DNA of 63,841 bases, counting the filler, from Craspedostauros australis (lineage: Eukaryota), in NCBI GenBank assembly GCA_030167865.1. It is 8 parts of 8 records of this genome, joined end to end, with 100 filler letters (N's around TTAATTAATTAA, not from the genome) between each part and the next. Parts side by side here need not be neighbours in the genome. Positions count along the whole stretch, not along the records: positions 12,498 to 38,350 come from JALAGF010002583.1; 7 more parts are not named here. The stretch is one strand, 5' to 3'. A program made the position numbers and the translations under genes. Shown here piece by piece: positions 23,792-34,510 of the stretch (its first letter is position 1; each line of letters opens with the position of its first letter). The notes below the pieces were generated by a model. The model saw only the letters and a program-made list of their open reading frames with translations, had not been told where the DNA came from and did no database searches.

Positions 23792-24962
23792 ATGAGCTCC
23801 CTCAAGGCACTCCAGAAGACGCTGTACCGAACGGGGCAGCGCTCCGTCCTTGCGTCCTCGGCGGAACCCGCAAGTGCGGCAGGAAGAGGAGCGTGGAACT
23901 CTGGCTTCCACCGCAGTCTCTCGACGCAATTGCAGTCATTCAACAGGATGCCGTTCGCAGGTGCTGCCGACAGCAGAGGGAAGCCAGCGATGGCAGCACC
24001 TGATGCCCGACCTCCGCTTGCGCCTCATTGGAATGCAAACGCGTCCAGGCTGTCATCCACTGCCGCGAAGACTTCGATGGAGGACTTTGACGCCTTGTAC
24101 GAATACGAGTACGAAACGGGGCCCAGCGGCAACCTCTTCGAACAGCGCGACCCGCAAACGGCTTATCCGCAATGGATCACGGGGCGGTCCGCATCGATCC
24201 AACGCACTTACAGCGCTGGTGACAACGCGCAGGGGCTCCTGGTGTGCGGTGGCAGCAATCTCGCCAAGCACGCCAGCTTCGATCCCAACTACAGCCGTGC
24301 GCAGGGATGGATCCGGCAGCATGCAGTGGGACCCGCCGTCGTCTCCCCGGTGCTCATCAGCGGCTTGATCGGCGCGCTGGTCGAAGCTGCGTTGCCCAAT
24401 TCCGTGCCAATCGAATCATCGATGCAGCAGATACGACCCTTGATCGTGAGTACTATTACGTCGAGTGTACCAATGCATTGCTCATCAATATTGCTGCGAT
24501 CAAGCGAGGTTTCCACCTTGATTCATGATGCATTGCATGGTGTATCGCTGGATGATGACCAGCCAACACGGAATACTCTATTGCGCTGTCCCTGCATTTC
24601 CATTCGCCCAGGTGCCAATTGTCTAACATGTCTATTTTCTCTCTCTTTATTTGCATTTGCTTTCTTCATGTCATCACATCGCTCTCTACTTACAGGTTGG
24701 AGTGAAAGTGCGCGCCGAAGTCGAGGTCGATTTGGCCGAAGCCAAGGTCAACGTCAACACCGCGAGTGCACCTGCCATGCCCGCCGACACAAGCTTGGAT
24801 TACCAAAACGGTGACCTTTCCTCCATGAAGAACAGCGGCAAATGTGATGGCTATCACATCCAGATGACCACCCGAGTGGAACGATTGCAGGACGGGGCCA
24901 TGATCGCGACTGGCACGCAGTCTGTTTGGATTCCGTACACAACCACCATGACGATGATGTAA
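23792..24962 (+). CDS. Mitochondrial MaoC/HTD2-like hot-dog-fold protein; exons 23792-24445 and 24696-24962
   Basis: Phase-0 GT-AG intron 24446-24695 gives ..QIRPLI-VGVKVRAEVEV... Pattern ASIQRTYS..H..FDP.Y..VLISGLIGAL..LP..PL.VG..V.AEVEV..MIATGT matches MaoC topology. Mitochondrial-type presequence. Confidence 0.65.
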
Positions 24963-25333
24963 GAATGTTGCGGTCTTTGTTCTGGTCACGCTATGGCTCG
25001 CTGTCTCCCAATGATCGTGCAAGATCGTTAGCGATGAGTACCATCAAGGAAACATGGGCTGTTATCATCGTTGCATGAGTATGGCGCTTGGAGACCATCC
25101 CGATGGAAACACACAAATTAAACAGAATGCGAAGTACATACCCCACTCAATCGCCAACTCTTCACATCAATACTCGTAGTCTCTCTCCAGAGAGAGGGCA
25201 TCACGTGCCGTCTCATCTCCAGAAGCATACTGCAGTGTGTCCACCATAACAATTCCCGCACCGATAGGCGTAGCATTCCTTCGCTGCCTATTATACTATT
25301 CTAGTAATATTAGTCCATGCTTTGCTCAGCGCA

Positions 25334-28300
25334 TTACTTCTTGAACCCCTTCAGATTCAGTTTCTTCTTGGCCGGTGCCGCCGCCTTGCCTGCTGTTCCA
25401 CCAGCGTATCCAGTCATCTCGCCGCGCACGGCGAATTCCAAAACAGCGCGATCCTGTTCAGCGACTCCGGCGCCGCCCATGCAGGCCTTGAAGGCGCCGG
25501 GGTACGTGCGCGCAATGTGCAAAAGGGCCTGCGCGCACGTGCGTCCGATGGTCGGATCCGACTTGCCCGGCTGGGGCTGCGGATGGTTCGGCAATCCATT
25601 GAAACGGATAATGGCGACGAAGGTCTCGAACAGCAACGACAAGTACGCCATCAACCGTTGCTCGTTGGTTGCTGACACGGTGGCAGTCTTGCTTTCCTCG
25701 TCTCCTTCGTTCGTGTCAACAGTTTCTGCTTCGATCTCCTCGCTTGACAGCTGCTGTAACGTCGTCAGGATCACTTTCATGCAGTGACCGAACACTTCGG
25801 TACGTTGCTTCTTCGTCGCATCCATCGGCATCGCAGCAATTGCCGACGCGGGGTCACGGCTGCACGTGTGCAACGTTCCGTACGATCTCAACATCGTCAG
25901 AATCTCTGCACCCAACGCCAGGGTCAGGAAGCGGGTTGTGGGATTCGGCACCTCAAGTGCCTGGATGACTTCGTGGACGGCGCGCAAAGCTGACAGCTGC
26001 GTATCATGTTCGGACAGACACAGCATGTGATCTCGGATCACATCAAGACTTGGCGCGATCAAGGCGGCGACGTTCTCGGCGTTTGGGGTTGCCATGGAAC
26101 CGCAAATGCACATCAGCTTCCACGCTGGCCACACCTCGGACCTCGCCATCGCCGTCGCAATCTCACACTTCTGTGAGATAGGAATGTCGCTCGCACCTGT
26201 CATGCACGCCTTCAGCACTCTGCATGCGGCATTCTCTATCTCCGAATGAGATTGCGCCGACGCTCCCGACACTGATGTTTCCTTCTTGCCATCGTATCGT
26301 CTTGCCAAGATATCAACCACGACCGGCAGAAGCGCTTCGTCGAGCGATGGCGGGCCCTTCGATTCTTCGAACAGGACAGTGACGGACTCCAACGATGCCG
26401 CAACGACTTCGCAAATATTGTTCGCTGTCAGCTGTAGGGAACGTTGCTGGAGGTAATCCAATGGCATGAGCATGCACACCAACAGTGCCGATTCACCGGC
26501 GGCCGGTGATTGCGATGATGGCATTGCCTTCGCCATGCGCTTCATCAGCATGCATGACGTCGAGACAAGGTTGCGTGCTATCTTCCGCCCTTCCAAGACC
26601 GGCTGCATGATGGATGCCGTCATCGTTTGCAGCAAGCATTCGACCTCAGTCGTCCAGGCATCATTGAGCTGCAAAATTGATGGATGTTCGATGATGAAGG
26701 AGATGCCTTGCAGGCAGTCGTTGGCAACATCGAACAGATCGATCGAGCGTGCCCATTTGTGCTTGGAGCTGCCGTTGGTCTTCTTGCCCACGATTGCAGA
26801 CATGGTGGTTTGGAATCCTGCAAACACAACGTTGATGATCTTGCAGATCCATGCCTTGCAGACGGCGTACTCTTCGGCACCGACTTCACCTTCATTACTC
26901 ACGACGCTCGCCAGGAACTTGACTGCATTTCTTGCACAAGATGCCCACTTGTTGACCAGCTGCGACTTGGCGAAATCTGTGAGATCCGCAGCGTTGTCGA
27001 AAAAGAACCCGCTTGGCTCGTTCCCCGTCGTTGCCTTCGCCCCCTGCGCCACCTGCAACGGCAGGCCACAGAGTGACAAATTCGAATCCACCAGCAAGCT
27101 CACACCGTCCAGTGCGATGGCCGCAAAGTGGACGCCCAACTCCGAAGGACTTGCCTTGAACTCCGACATGATCTGAGGGGCATTCTCCGACACGATCCCT
27201 GCCATGTGCAGCTTGCCAAGCTTCATGAGCAGCTTCCCTTCCATGTCCAACCCAGAATCGTCATCGTCGTTCGACGACAATGGCAAGACGTCAGAGGGGG
27301 CGAATGTCTTGCTTTCACCGTGCTCCAAGAACACAGAACGGCCCATGCGCTTCAGCGTTGCCTTCTCCGATGACAGTCTTGCATTGATGAATGCCTCCAA
27401 TGCATCGCAGCCGACCAGAAATAGCTGATTCGATGATGCTGTTTGATGTTCCTTCCACGCACCCAGAGCATGCTTGATGCACGAGGAGACCTGTGGAATG
27501 GAGTCTTCAAGTAGTTTGTTGTCTGGCTGGTCAGGATCAGGGATTGGGCCGAAGTTCTGGATCATGGCGACCAGCAAGTGCAACGCATTTTCTTGCAGGA
27601 CCTGGAGCTCCGCTTGATCGACCGTCGCTGTGCATGTGCTGCATGCAGCCATGAGCAGTTCCGAGAAGTGGAACGCAAGGTACGATGCCGGAAGTGCATT
27701 TCCATCCTTCTCGGCTCTTTTGCATTCTTCGGCAGATTTGTGTCTGGTCACTGATGGATTGTACATCGCCGACGTCACCAGATCGGCTGTTCCGTTGGAT
27801 CCCAAACCGACCCGCGAGTTGAGTTTGTGCATCGCGACCAGGGCAACGCGCACTGCGATACTCTTGACCTGCCATCTCACGGAAGTAACAATCTCAAACA
27901 ATGGCCAGGCGTCCTCGGCAGACTTGGCCAAGGCGGCATCAATCACCTTGTCGGGGTTGTACGGTGGACGGTTGAGATGCGCATCAGAGACGTCCGATGC
28001 AACTCCCGAAAGCATCATCTTCGCAAGCAGGATTGCTCGCAAAAGCAACGCCCTTGACTTGTTCAGATCCCTCCCGGCACCACAGATGGATACCGAACCA
28101 CAGAGCACGCCGCATAGCTCGCGTTCGACGATGCTGCTCGCGGCCACATCATATTCCATGTTCCGTGGCTCGGAAAGACTCCGATGGATGAGATCGATCG
28201 CACAGTGCCTGGAGGCTGTCAAGTCTTCCAGCTTCGCGAACATGGCAGCCACCGTGGTCATGTCACTCAAGTCAGCCAGAACGAATCCTTGCGACGACAG

Positions 28301-31300
28301 CGCTTGCGCAGTTTGAACTGCGGCGCGGGAGCATCGAATAGACGGTGCGCATGCCTTGGACGGTGCGTACCTTTGATCGGAATGGATGTGACATCGTTCC
28401 GGCGTCATCACTGCAACGACGAACGGCGTGCACGACAGCAGAGCATTCTCATGATATTGCACATGACGGGAAGGTGGTGGCAACAGATCATTGTGCTTTG
28501 CCAACACCTCGAAGAATGCCATGCCCTCGGTGACCACCGCAGGATGGCTGTCTTGGCATTCCAAGATGATGACGACCATGCATGAGAAACGTGTAGCGAT
28601 CGCCGTATCCATCGCCTGCACATGATGCAAGTGAGGCACCAACAGCGTCATGAGACGTAGCAGGCATGCCAAAAATGACGATTCGGATGCCAACTTTTCC
28701 GTTTCATTGCCTTTGTCATAATCGGCCGAACCAGCTGCCCACGCCGCTGCGAAGTTGTCCTCGACCAGCTCGATGCTCTTCTTCAGTAAATGTTCGTCTT
28801 CTGGTTGCAGTGGTGAACGTTCCAAGCGTTTGGAGTACGTCAGGAGAATCCCGAATGCGTGCAGAGCGTACACTCGGACCCCAAAGAAGTCTCGGACTCC
28901 CTGGCAGGCGATGGATGGCAACAGCTTCGTAATCATCTGCGTTGTTGGCACGGATTCAGCTTGTTCCTGATCCTGCTGTTGTTGCTGCTGCTCTTGCTGC
29001 TGCTGCTCAGCTGCAGATGAAGATCCTGCCATCGTGTCAACTCGTCGCTTGTGCGCCTTACGTAATCGTTTCTCTTGAATTGTCGTCGCGGTGCGTTGGA
29101 TGCAGGCAAGGGTGAGCAAGGCGCCAGATCTAACGGCGGAAATTGGTTCGGAAGAAACAGACCGGCCCTTGGCTTCGGTGCGATTGCCTTGCATGAGTTC
29201 ATCCAACGAATGAAGGACAGAGCTTTGCAAGAAATGGGAATCTTCGGTCACGCCAAGCGTCGCCAACAGACCAAGACCTTCGGCTGCCGCACGTCGGACT
29301 TCGTGTGTCGATGACGGTAACAGCATGACGAGGAGATCTTTCGCCTTGTTCATCCAGAGCGGCCCGAGCCCGATAGGAACGTTGTGGGTGGCCTCGTGCA
29401 ATGGAATCGCCTTGAGGCACGCCAGAACCACAGCCACGATGTTGGAGATGGCAGCACCTCCCGTGCTTGGCTTGCCCCTTTTGTCCTGCTCCGATGACTG
29501 GATAGGCACCACCACACCGCGCGTGGATTGTGATGTTTGCTGTGGGATCAGGGTTTCCAACATCTGGACAGCACTTTGCTGTTCCTTGCCACCCTTAAGG
29601 CAAAACGTGGCGGAAAAGGCCTGCACTGCCGCATCGACCAGCCGGATCTTGGAGCAGGTGGATGCGTTGATGGGAAGCTGCCAGGTCCCAACACGGTGCA
29701 ACGGCGTGGGTGGTTGGAATTCGATGCCATCGTATGCGTACATGCCAAGGATGATGCTGTCTCGAAATCCATGTCGCCCGGACCCATTCTGGCTGACGCC
29801 GCCGGAATCGTTTGGTGCATGCGAGATGAGGTGAAGCACTGATTCCCGATCGCTGTGGTGTGCGATCTCCGCAGTTAGCGTGAGTATGTCCTCCTCCAAA
29901 TCCCGTGCTCCGCCGACTTGTCCCACCCTCGTGGCTCTCGACAAAGACTTGGCATCCAGCAAATGATCCTCCTTGTTGATCAAGGACTGGAGGATGGAGC
30001 ACGGCACGCCGTTTTCAGAAGCAAGCCTGATGTGGTAGGCTGCGAAGGAGAAGACGGAATCTGCAGTCATGGGGTATGAACCAGGGGGGAGCCACGCGAA
30101 GGACTCCAGAATGGATGCCTTGGCGCTTTGGAATCGTGACATGATGATGGGGTTCGCTGGTGCCTTTCCGAGTCTACCATCGGGGAAGAACGCCGCGAGC
30201 AATTCTTCCAGGAGGATCGAAATTCGACTCAGTGCATCAGGTACCGACAGAAGCAGCTCCGTGCACCACTTGAGGAAGGCGACGATCGAAGCGAGCATCG
30301 CGTCGACGCAGATCAATTCGTGCGACAACGTGAATGTGTTATCGATCTTGGCAGGATTTCCGACCTTCTGCCACAGGTCGAAGATCAACGCAAAGTGATG
30401 ACCGATGGCTTCCGGACCAGCCGTGAGGCCACCGCAGATGATGGCGAATCCTGCGCGCATGCTGGTGCAGGCTGCGCTGGGGTTGCCCTGCCTCATGATC
30501 TCGTTGAATAAGCTGGACACTAAGATCTCCGAAACCGACATGACGTCACCGAAGAGATCGGCGGGAAGTCCACCGGGCAAGCCGGGCATGTCGCGGATGA
30601 TCATGGACACCATGAGAGCGAGGCCGTGAATGGCGTACTGGTGCTTCAACGAACCATCCTTCTTCTTCTCCTTGACGGGCGCACGTCGTCCAAAGCGCAA
30701 CAACCGCGGTGTGGTTTCAGGAGCCTCCTCGACCTTCTTCGTGCTGGCGAGGGCCATCAATTCCGCGTGCTCCATCTGGATATCGTTGAGCGAATGCTGC
30801 ACGAGCTGCTTGCCCTGTGCGGGGAAGATCAAATTCACGGCTGCCAGCGCAATGGCTGCCTCGTGGCGGACTCCGTGATCCGGGTGCACGATGCAGGGCC
30901 TCAGGCCGCTGATGGCGTCGTCGACCACGGATGCGGTCGCCTCGCCGAGAGTTGTGAAGAGGTGAGATGCTTCAATCAGAAGCACCTGCAGCTGATTACC
31001 TTTGAGTTTGGCAATATTGTTCTTGCAGAGGCTGACGATGTCATGCAGCATTGCTATCTGTGCTGCCTCTGTGCAAACCTCGGCGATGCCTTCCCGGATC
31101 ACACGATTCGTGCAAACTCTCGCAATGCCAGGGTCGGCATGCGACTTCTTTGGCATTTGACTGAACAGCGTGTTCGTGGGCGTATCCCGCGATGCACCCT
31201 GCAGCATGACGGATGTGGCATCCAGGTTATCGTGCGTCGCGGCTGCAGCATTGCGGCCTGGTGCGTTGAGCTGCGCCTCCATGTCGCTGCCCACCATGGT

Positions 31301-33010
31301 GAGGACGATCATGATGGCTTCCTTCGTCGACATGTCCCTGCTTTCGCCGATATTGCCCATCTGCGATTGCACCCGCAGCAGTTGCACCAGCGTCCTGCAC
31401 ACACCCAACCGCACTGCCCTCCCACCTGACGAGAACGGGCCACCGGCCTTGGGTGCCATCAGCTGTCCTCCCACCTTCACGAAGAGACCCACGAGGTACT
31501 TGACGGCTTGTGGCAGGGTAAGACAGACGGAGGTCAAGACGGTTCCCTTGCGACCGCTGGTGATGCGAATGGATGTGGAGCTGTCGTTGGCTCCACCGCC
31601 ACTGCCGTTGCCGCCCGAACCGCCTGCGCCGCTTCCGCCAGACGGCGCAGATCCATCCGCATCCACACCCCTGCGCCCACCGCTCTCGACGTTGACCTGT
31701 CTGCAGTGTTCGATTCCGGTGCACATGCATCTGGCAAATGCCTCCGCCCATGCAGCAGCCACGTCAGGCATCTTGTCATCCAGGTTCTTGAAGGATATCG
31801 TCATGACATCCTCGAGGCTGGTTGTCGGCGAGGATTCCCCTCGTCCGTCGCCACCCTGCCGGCCGCCCATACCCAAGCCGCTGCCAGACCCCGAGCCTGA
31901 CGAGTTGGATGAGAGGATCAGCATCGGCGCGAGCAGTCCCGCCAGACTCGCCGTTGCCTGTCGAACTTCCGGGAATTTGTCGGTGGTGCCCTGCTTCAGC
32001 AGCTTGACGACTTCCACGATGGCCTTGTCCTCCAACGTGCCTTTGAGCACCAATTTTTCCGAGCCGTCCACCGGCTTTGCCTTCAGCGTGGATTGTCGGC
32101 AGGCCACGGCAACGGCGCAGGCCGCTCGCACCGACGCTATGCGGTAGGTCGGCTCGCCGTTGCCAGCAGATTTGAGCGCACGCTGCGTCAGGTGGATGAG
32201 ATCCAGCGCCCACGACGACAGCTGCGAGGACAGCTTGGGAACTTGCAGCAGACCCGCCAGAACTTCCATCGCCGCAATTCTGGTCCCGCCAGCAGCACGG
32301 GCGCTGCGCGGGTTGGTCCCCGCCAGCGCGATCATGTTCTGGACGAAGCCGTACAGGTTGATGCGCGCCGCCCCGGAGAGCCCATCGCCCAACGCATGGC
32401 ACAGCACCACGCAATCGACCCAGAGCTTCCGCAGCGGGGTGGACCACATCGGCGGTGGTTCCACGCGCTTGATGATGGGACCGCCGGAGGATCCACCGTA
32501 GCTACCGGATCCGGTCGAACCGAGGCTGCCCGTGCTGTTGCCGCTGCTTGGACTCGCCACCTTGCTGCCCAGCACGTTGTGTGCTCTCGAGGATGCGCCC
32601 ATGGCCGTGATGGTCGTGGCGGACGATGCCGCCAACGCAAGCGTGGAGGATGCTCCGAGCAGCTTCATGAGCAATGCCAGGATGGATGGGGCCGCCACGA
32701 GCGGCTTGTCGGTGGGTGCATTGCGCAGCAACGCCCTCAGCGAGTGCAGATGGACCAGCAGCGTCGAGGATGGCACCGGAGACAGCACCGAGAAGGATGA
32801 ATGCATGCCCTTCGGAGGTGTGATGATGGTGCTCGACGGGGTGCCGTAGAAGTTGATGGAGGCGGCCAGCAATGCTCCAGCCTCCTCAATGGACTGCGGC
32901 ATTTCATTCTTCACGTTCGACGTCATGGATGTCATGGATGTCATGGAGGCCATCGTCTCTTGCGTCTCTTGCGTCTCTCGCGTTTGTTGAGTCTCTTGTG
33001 TTTTGGTCAT
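25334..33010 (-). CDS. HEAT repeat-containing protein 5 (HEATR5/Laa1/SWEETIE-like), 2558 aa, intronless
   Basis: All-helical HEAT repeats (EVRQATASLAG, GVRHEAAIALA, EVRRAAAEGLGLLA, RWQVK, YLAFHFSELLMAAC). Size and C-terminus ..LNLKGF fit HEATR5. Confidence 0.8.
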   Translation of the reverse strand: MTKTQETQQTRETQETQETMASMTSMTSMTSNVKNEMPQSIEEAGALLAASINFYGTPSSTIITPPKGMHSSFSVLSPVPSSTLLVHLHSLRALLRNAPTDKPLVAAPSILALLMKLLGASSTLALAASSATTITAMGASSRAHNVLGSKVASPSSGNSTGSLGSTGSGSYGGSSGGPIIKRVEPPPMWSTPLRKLWVDCVVLCHALGDGLSGAARINLYGFVQNMIALAGTNPRSARAAGGTRIAAMEVLAGLLQVPKLSSQLSSWALDLIHLTQRALKSAGNGEPTYRIASVRAACAVAVACRQSTLKAKPVDGSEKLVLKGTLEDKAIVEVVKLLKQGTTDKFPEVRQATASLAGLLAPMLILSSNSSGSGSGSGLGMGGRQGGDGRGESSPTTSLEDVMTISFKNLDDKMPDVAAAWAEAFARCMCTGIEHCRQVNVESGGRRGVDADGSAPSGGSGAGGSGGNGSGGGANDSSTSIRITSGRKGTVLTSVCLTLPQAVKYLVGLFVKVGGQLMAPKAGGPFSSGGRAVRLGVCRTLVQLLRVQSQMGNIGESRDMSTKEAIMIVLTMVGSDMEAQLNAPGRNAAAATHDNLDATSVMLQGASRDTPTNTLFSQMPKKSHADPGIARVCTNRVIREGIAEVCTEAAQIAMLHDIVSLCKNNIAKLKGNQLQVLLIEASHLFTTLGEATASVVDDAISGLRPCIVHPDHGVRHEAAIALAAVNLIFPAQGKQLVQHSLNDIQMEHAELMALASTKKVEEAPETTPRLLRFGRRAPVKEKKKDGSLKHQYAIHGLALMVSMIIRDMPGLPGGLPADLFGDVMSVSEILVSSLFNEIMRQGNPSAACTSMRAGFAIICGGLTAGPEAIGHHFALIFDLWQKVGNPAKIDNTFTLSHELICVDAMLASIVAFLKWCTELLLSVPDALSRISILLEELLAAFFPDGRLGKAPANPIIMSRFQSAKASILESFAWLPPGSYPMTADSVFSFAAYHIRLASENGVPCSILQSLINKEDHLLDAKSLSRATRVGQVGGARDLEEDILTLTAEIAHHSDRESVLHLISHAPNDSGGVSQNGSGRHGFRDSIILGMYAYDGIEFQPPTPLHRVGTWQLPINASTCSKIRLVDAAVQAFSATFCLKGGKEQQSAVQMLETLIPQQTSQSTRGVVVPIQSSEQDKRGKPSTGGAAISNIVAVVLACLKAIPLHEATHNVPIGLGPLWMNKAKDLLVMLLPSSTHEVRRAAAEGLGLLATLGVTEDSHFLQSSVLHSLDELMQGNRTEAKGRSVSSEPISAVRSGALLTLACIQRTATTIQEKRLRKAHKRRVDTMAGSSSAAEQQQQEQQQQQQDQEQAESVPTTQMITKLLPSIACQGVRDFFGVRVYALHAFGILLTYSKRLERSPLQPEDEHLLKKSIELVEDNFAAAWAAGSADYDKGNETEKLASESSFLACLLRLMTLLVPHLHHVQAMDTAIATRFSCMVVIILECQDSHPAVVTEGMAFFEVLAKHNDLLPPPSRHVQYHENALLSCTPFVVAVMTPERCHIHSDQRYAPSKACAPSIRCSRAAVQTAQALSSQGFVLADLSDMTTVAAMFAKLEDLTASRHCAIDLIHRSLSEPRNMEYDVAASSIVERELCGVLCGSVSICGAGRDLNKSRALLLRAILLAKMMLSGVASDVSDAHLNRPPYNPDKVIDAALAKSAEDAWPLFEIVTSVRWQVKSIAVRVALVAMHKLNSRVGLGSNGTADLVTSAMYNPSVTRHKSAEECKRAEKDGNALPASYLAFHFSELLMAACSTCTATVDQAELQVLQENALHLLVAMIQNFGPIPDPDQPDNKLLEDSIPQVSSCIKHALGAWKEHQTASSNQLFLVGCDALEAFINARLSSEKATLKRMGRSVFLEHGESKTFAPSDVLPLSSNDDDDSGLDMEGKLLMKLGKLHMAGIVSENAPQIMSEFKASPSELGVHFAAIALDGVSLLVDSNLSLCGLPLQVAQGAKATTGNEPSGFFFDNAADLTDFAKSQLVNKWASCARNAVKFLASVVSNEGEVGAEEYAVCKAWICKIINVVFAGFQTTMSAIVGKKTNGSSKHKWARSIDLFDVANDCLQGISFIIEHPSILQLNDAWTTEVECLLQTMTASIMQPVLEGRKIARNLVSTSCMLMKRMAKAMPSSQSPAAGESALLVCMLMPLDYLQQRSLQLTANNICEVVAASLESVTVLFEESKGPPSLDEALLPVVVDILARRYDGKKETSVSGASAQSHSEIENAACRVLKACMTGASDIPISQKCEIATAMARSEVWPAWKLMCICGSMATPNAENVAALIAPSLDVIRDHMLCLSEHDTQLSALRAVHEVIQALEVPNPTTRFLTLALGAEILTMLRSYGTLHTCSRDPASAIAAMPMDATKKQRTEVFGHCMKVILTTLQQLSSEEIEAETVDTNEGDEESKTATVSATNEQRLMAYLSLLFETFVAIIRFNGLPNHPQPQPGKSDPTIGRTCAQALLHIARTYPGAFKACMGGAGVAEQDRAVLEFAVRGEMTGYAGGTAGKAAAPAKKKLNLKGFKK

Positions 33011-34510
33011 TTTGGTATGTCAAGTATTGCAGAGCCACACGTGTCTTCTCTGCCATGCTATGCTATGATGTGCTGCGCTGTGCTGTATCGTATCGGAATG
33101 CCTTTGCTGCTCTCTGTTGTGCCCGAAAGTCTCAATGTCCCATCAACACTCGAGATCCAAAGCTCCGATCGCAGCGACGCTGATCTCAGCGGTTGGCACC
33201 TGCTGTTCAATTGTCCTCTGAGACTCGTAACGTATAATACGAATATGGATTCGTATGTGCTATTATAATATAACAGTATGGTACAGGTACGTAGTCTGGT
33301 TGTTGGAGCGCAATGTTGCAGCTGTGATGGGTATTATACGAGCTATGGTGGCGTACCTAACAGCCTGAATGCCAAGAGAGAGAGAGAGAGAGAGGAACCA
33401 AACCAAAGACCCCTCCAGGCTCTTCTTGACTGGGTGGCGCTCTCCCAAGCTGCGACAAGGACCTCCCCTGTGGTCTCCGTTCGCCATGGCGATGTGCGAT
33501 GGCGGGAGATGTGGGACACAAAACAGTCGCATTTTTCAAAATCATCAATTTGGTCAATCAAGTCGATTTTCACACTCGTGTATGATACACGATTCGATTC
33601 TCCAGCGAGGTTTGTTCAAGTTGGTCGATTCGTTCTTTGTTTTTGATTGATTGACTTGTTGGATCAGCTCAATCATGGATCGGTTCACACGATAGACTCG
33701 TTGGTGTCGCTACGACGTCCTCGCACGACTTTCCACACCAATGAATTGGCCAACAACGCGTGTCTGTGCGACGCGAAGTGTCCGTTGTATCCGATGTGAT
33801 GTAAGTGGTGATTCAAAATCGGGATCACAATTTGGTTGCCACGATTTGGTGGGAGGTCCGCCATCATGTGTTTGCAGAGGGACGATCAACATCACGACTG
33901 AGGATGTTCAACAATGGTGGCAATGGCATCGACGGTGGCGACGGTGCGATGCATTGGCGAACGAGGACATCAGAGTTCGTATCGATCGTGCGATGAGGTA
34001 TACGATCATCCGAGGGCGAGCGGCAGGTCGGTGGCATGGACGGAGATGCCAGAACAGAAAGATGAAGGTGCCACGTGCAGAGATGGCGATCAGCAAAACG
34101 GAAACAGCTTCCGATTGTCATCGTAGTCGCAGTTCCAACACAAGTCATCCCACCAATGCAGGCATCGCATAAAACACAGGACACAACAAACCACATCGAC
34201 GCTTCGTGGCTTCTCTCCAGTGTGTCTCCCTCCCTTGCCAACCATCTCAACGACAACGCGGGCGCCAAGCTCAACACCCGACGCAATCCAACCCACCTCC
34301 ACTTGCGTTCCAAGTGAAACATCAGTGCAACTCAACCCACAAAGTGCCGAGTGCAAAGAGCAAAGTGCAAAACAACCAGCCAACTGCAAACAGCACCACC
34401 ATATCACCGCTGACACGATGGGGCCAACAACGGTGACTTTCGCAGACGTCGCAGATGATTGCATGCATTCCAACTGTCCCAACAGCGTGAGCTCAGGAAA
34501 TGGCCGCCAG

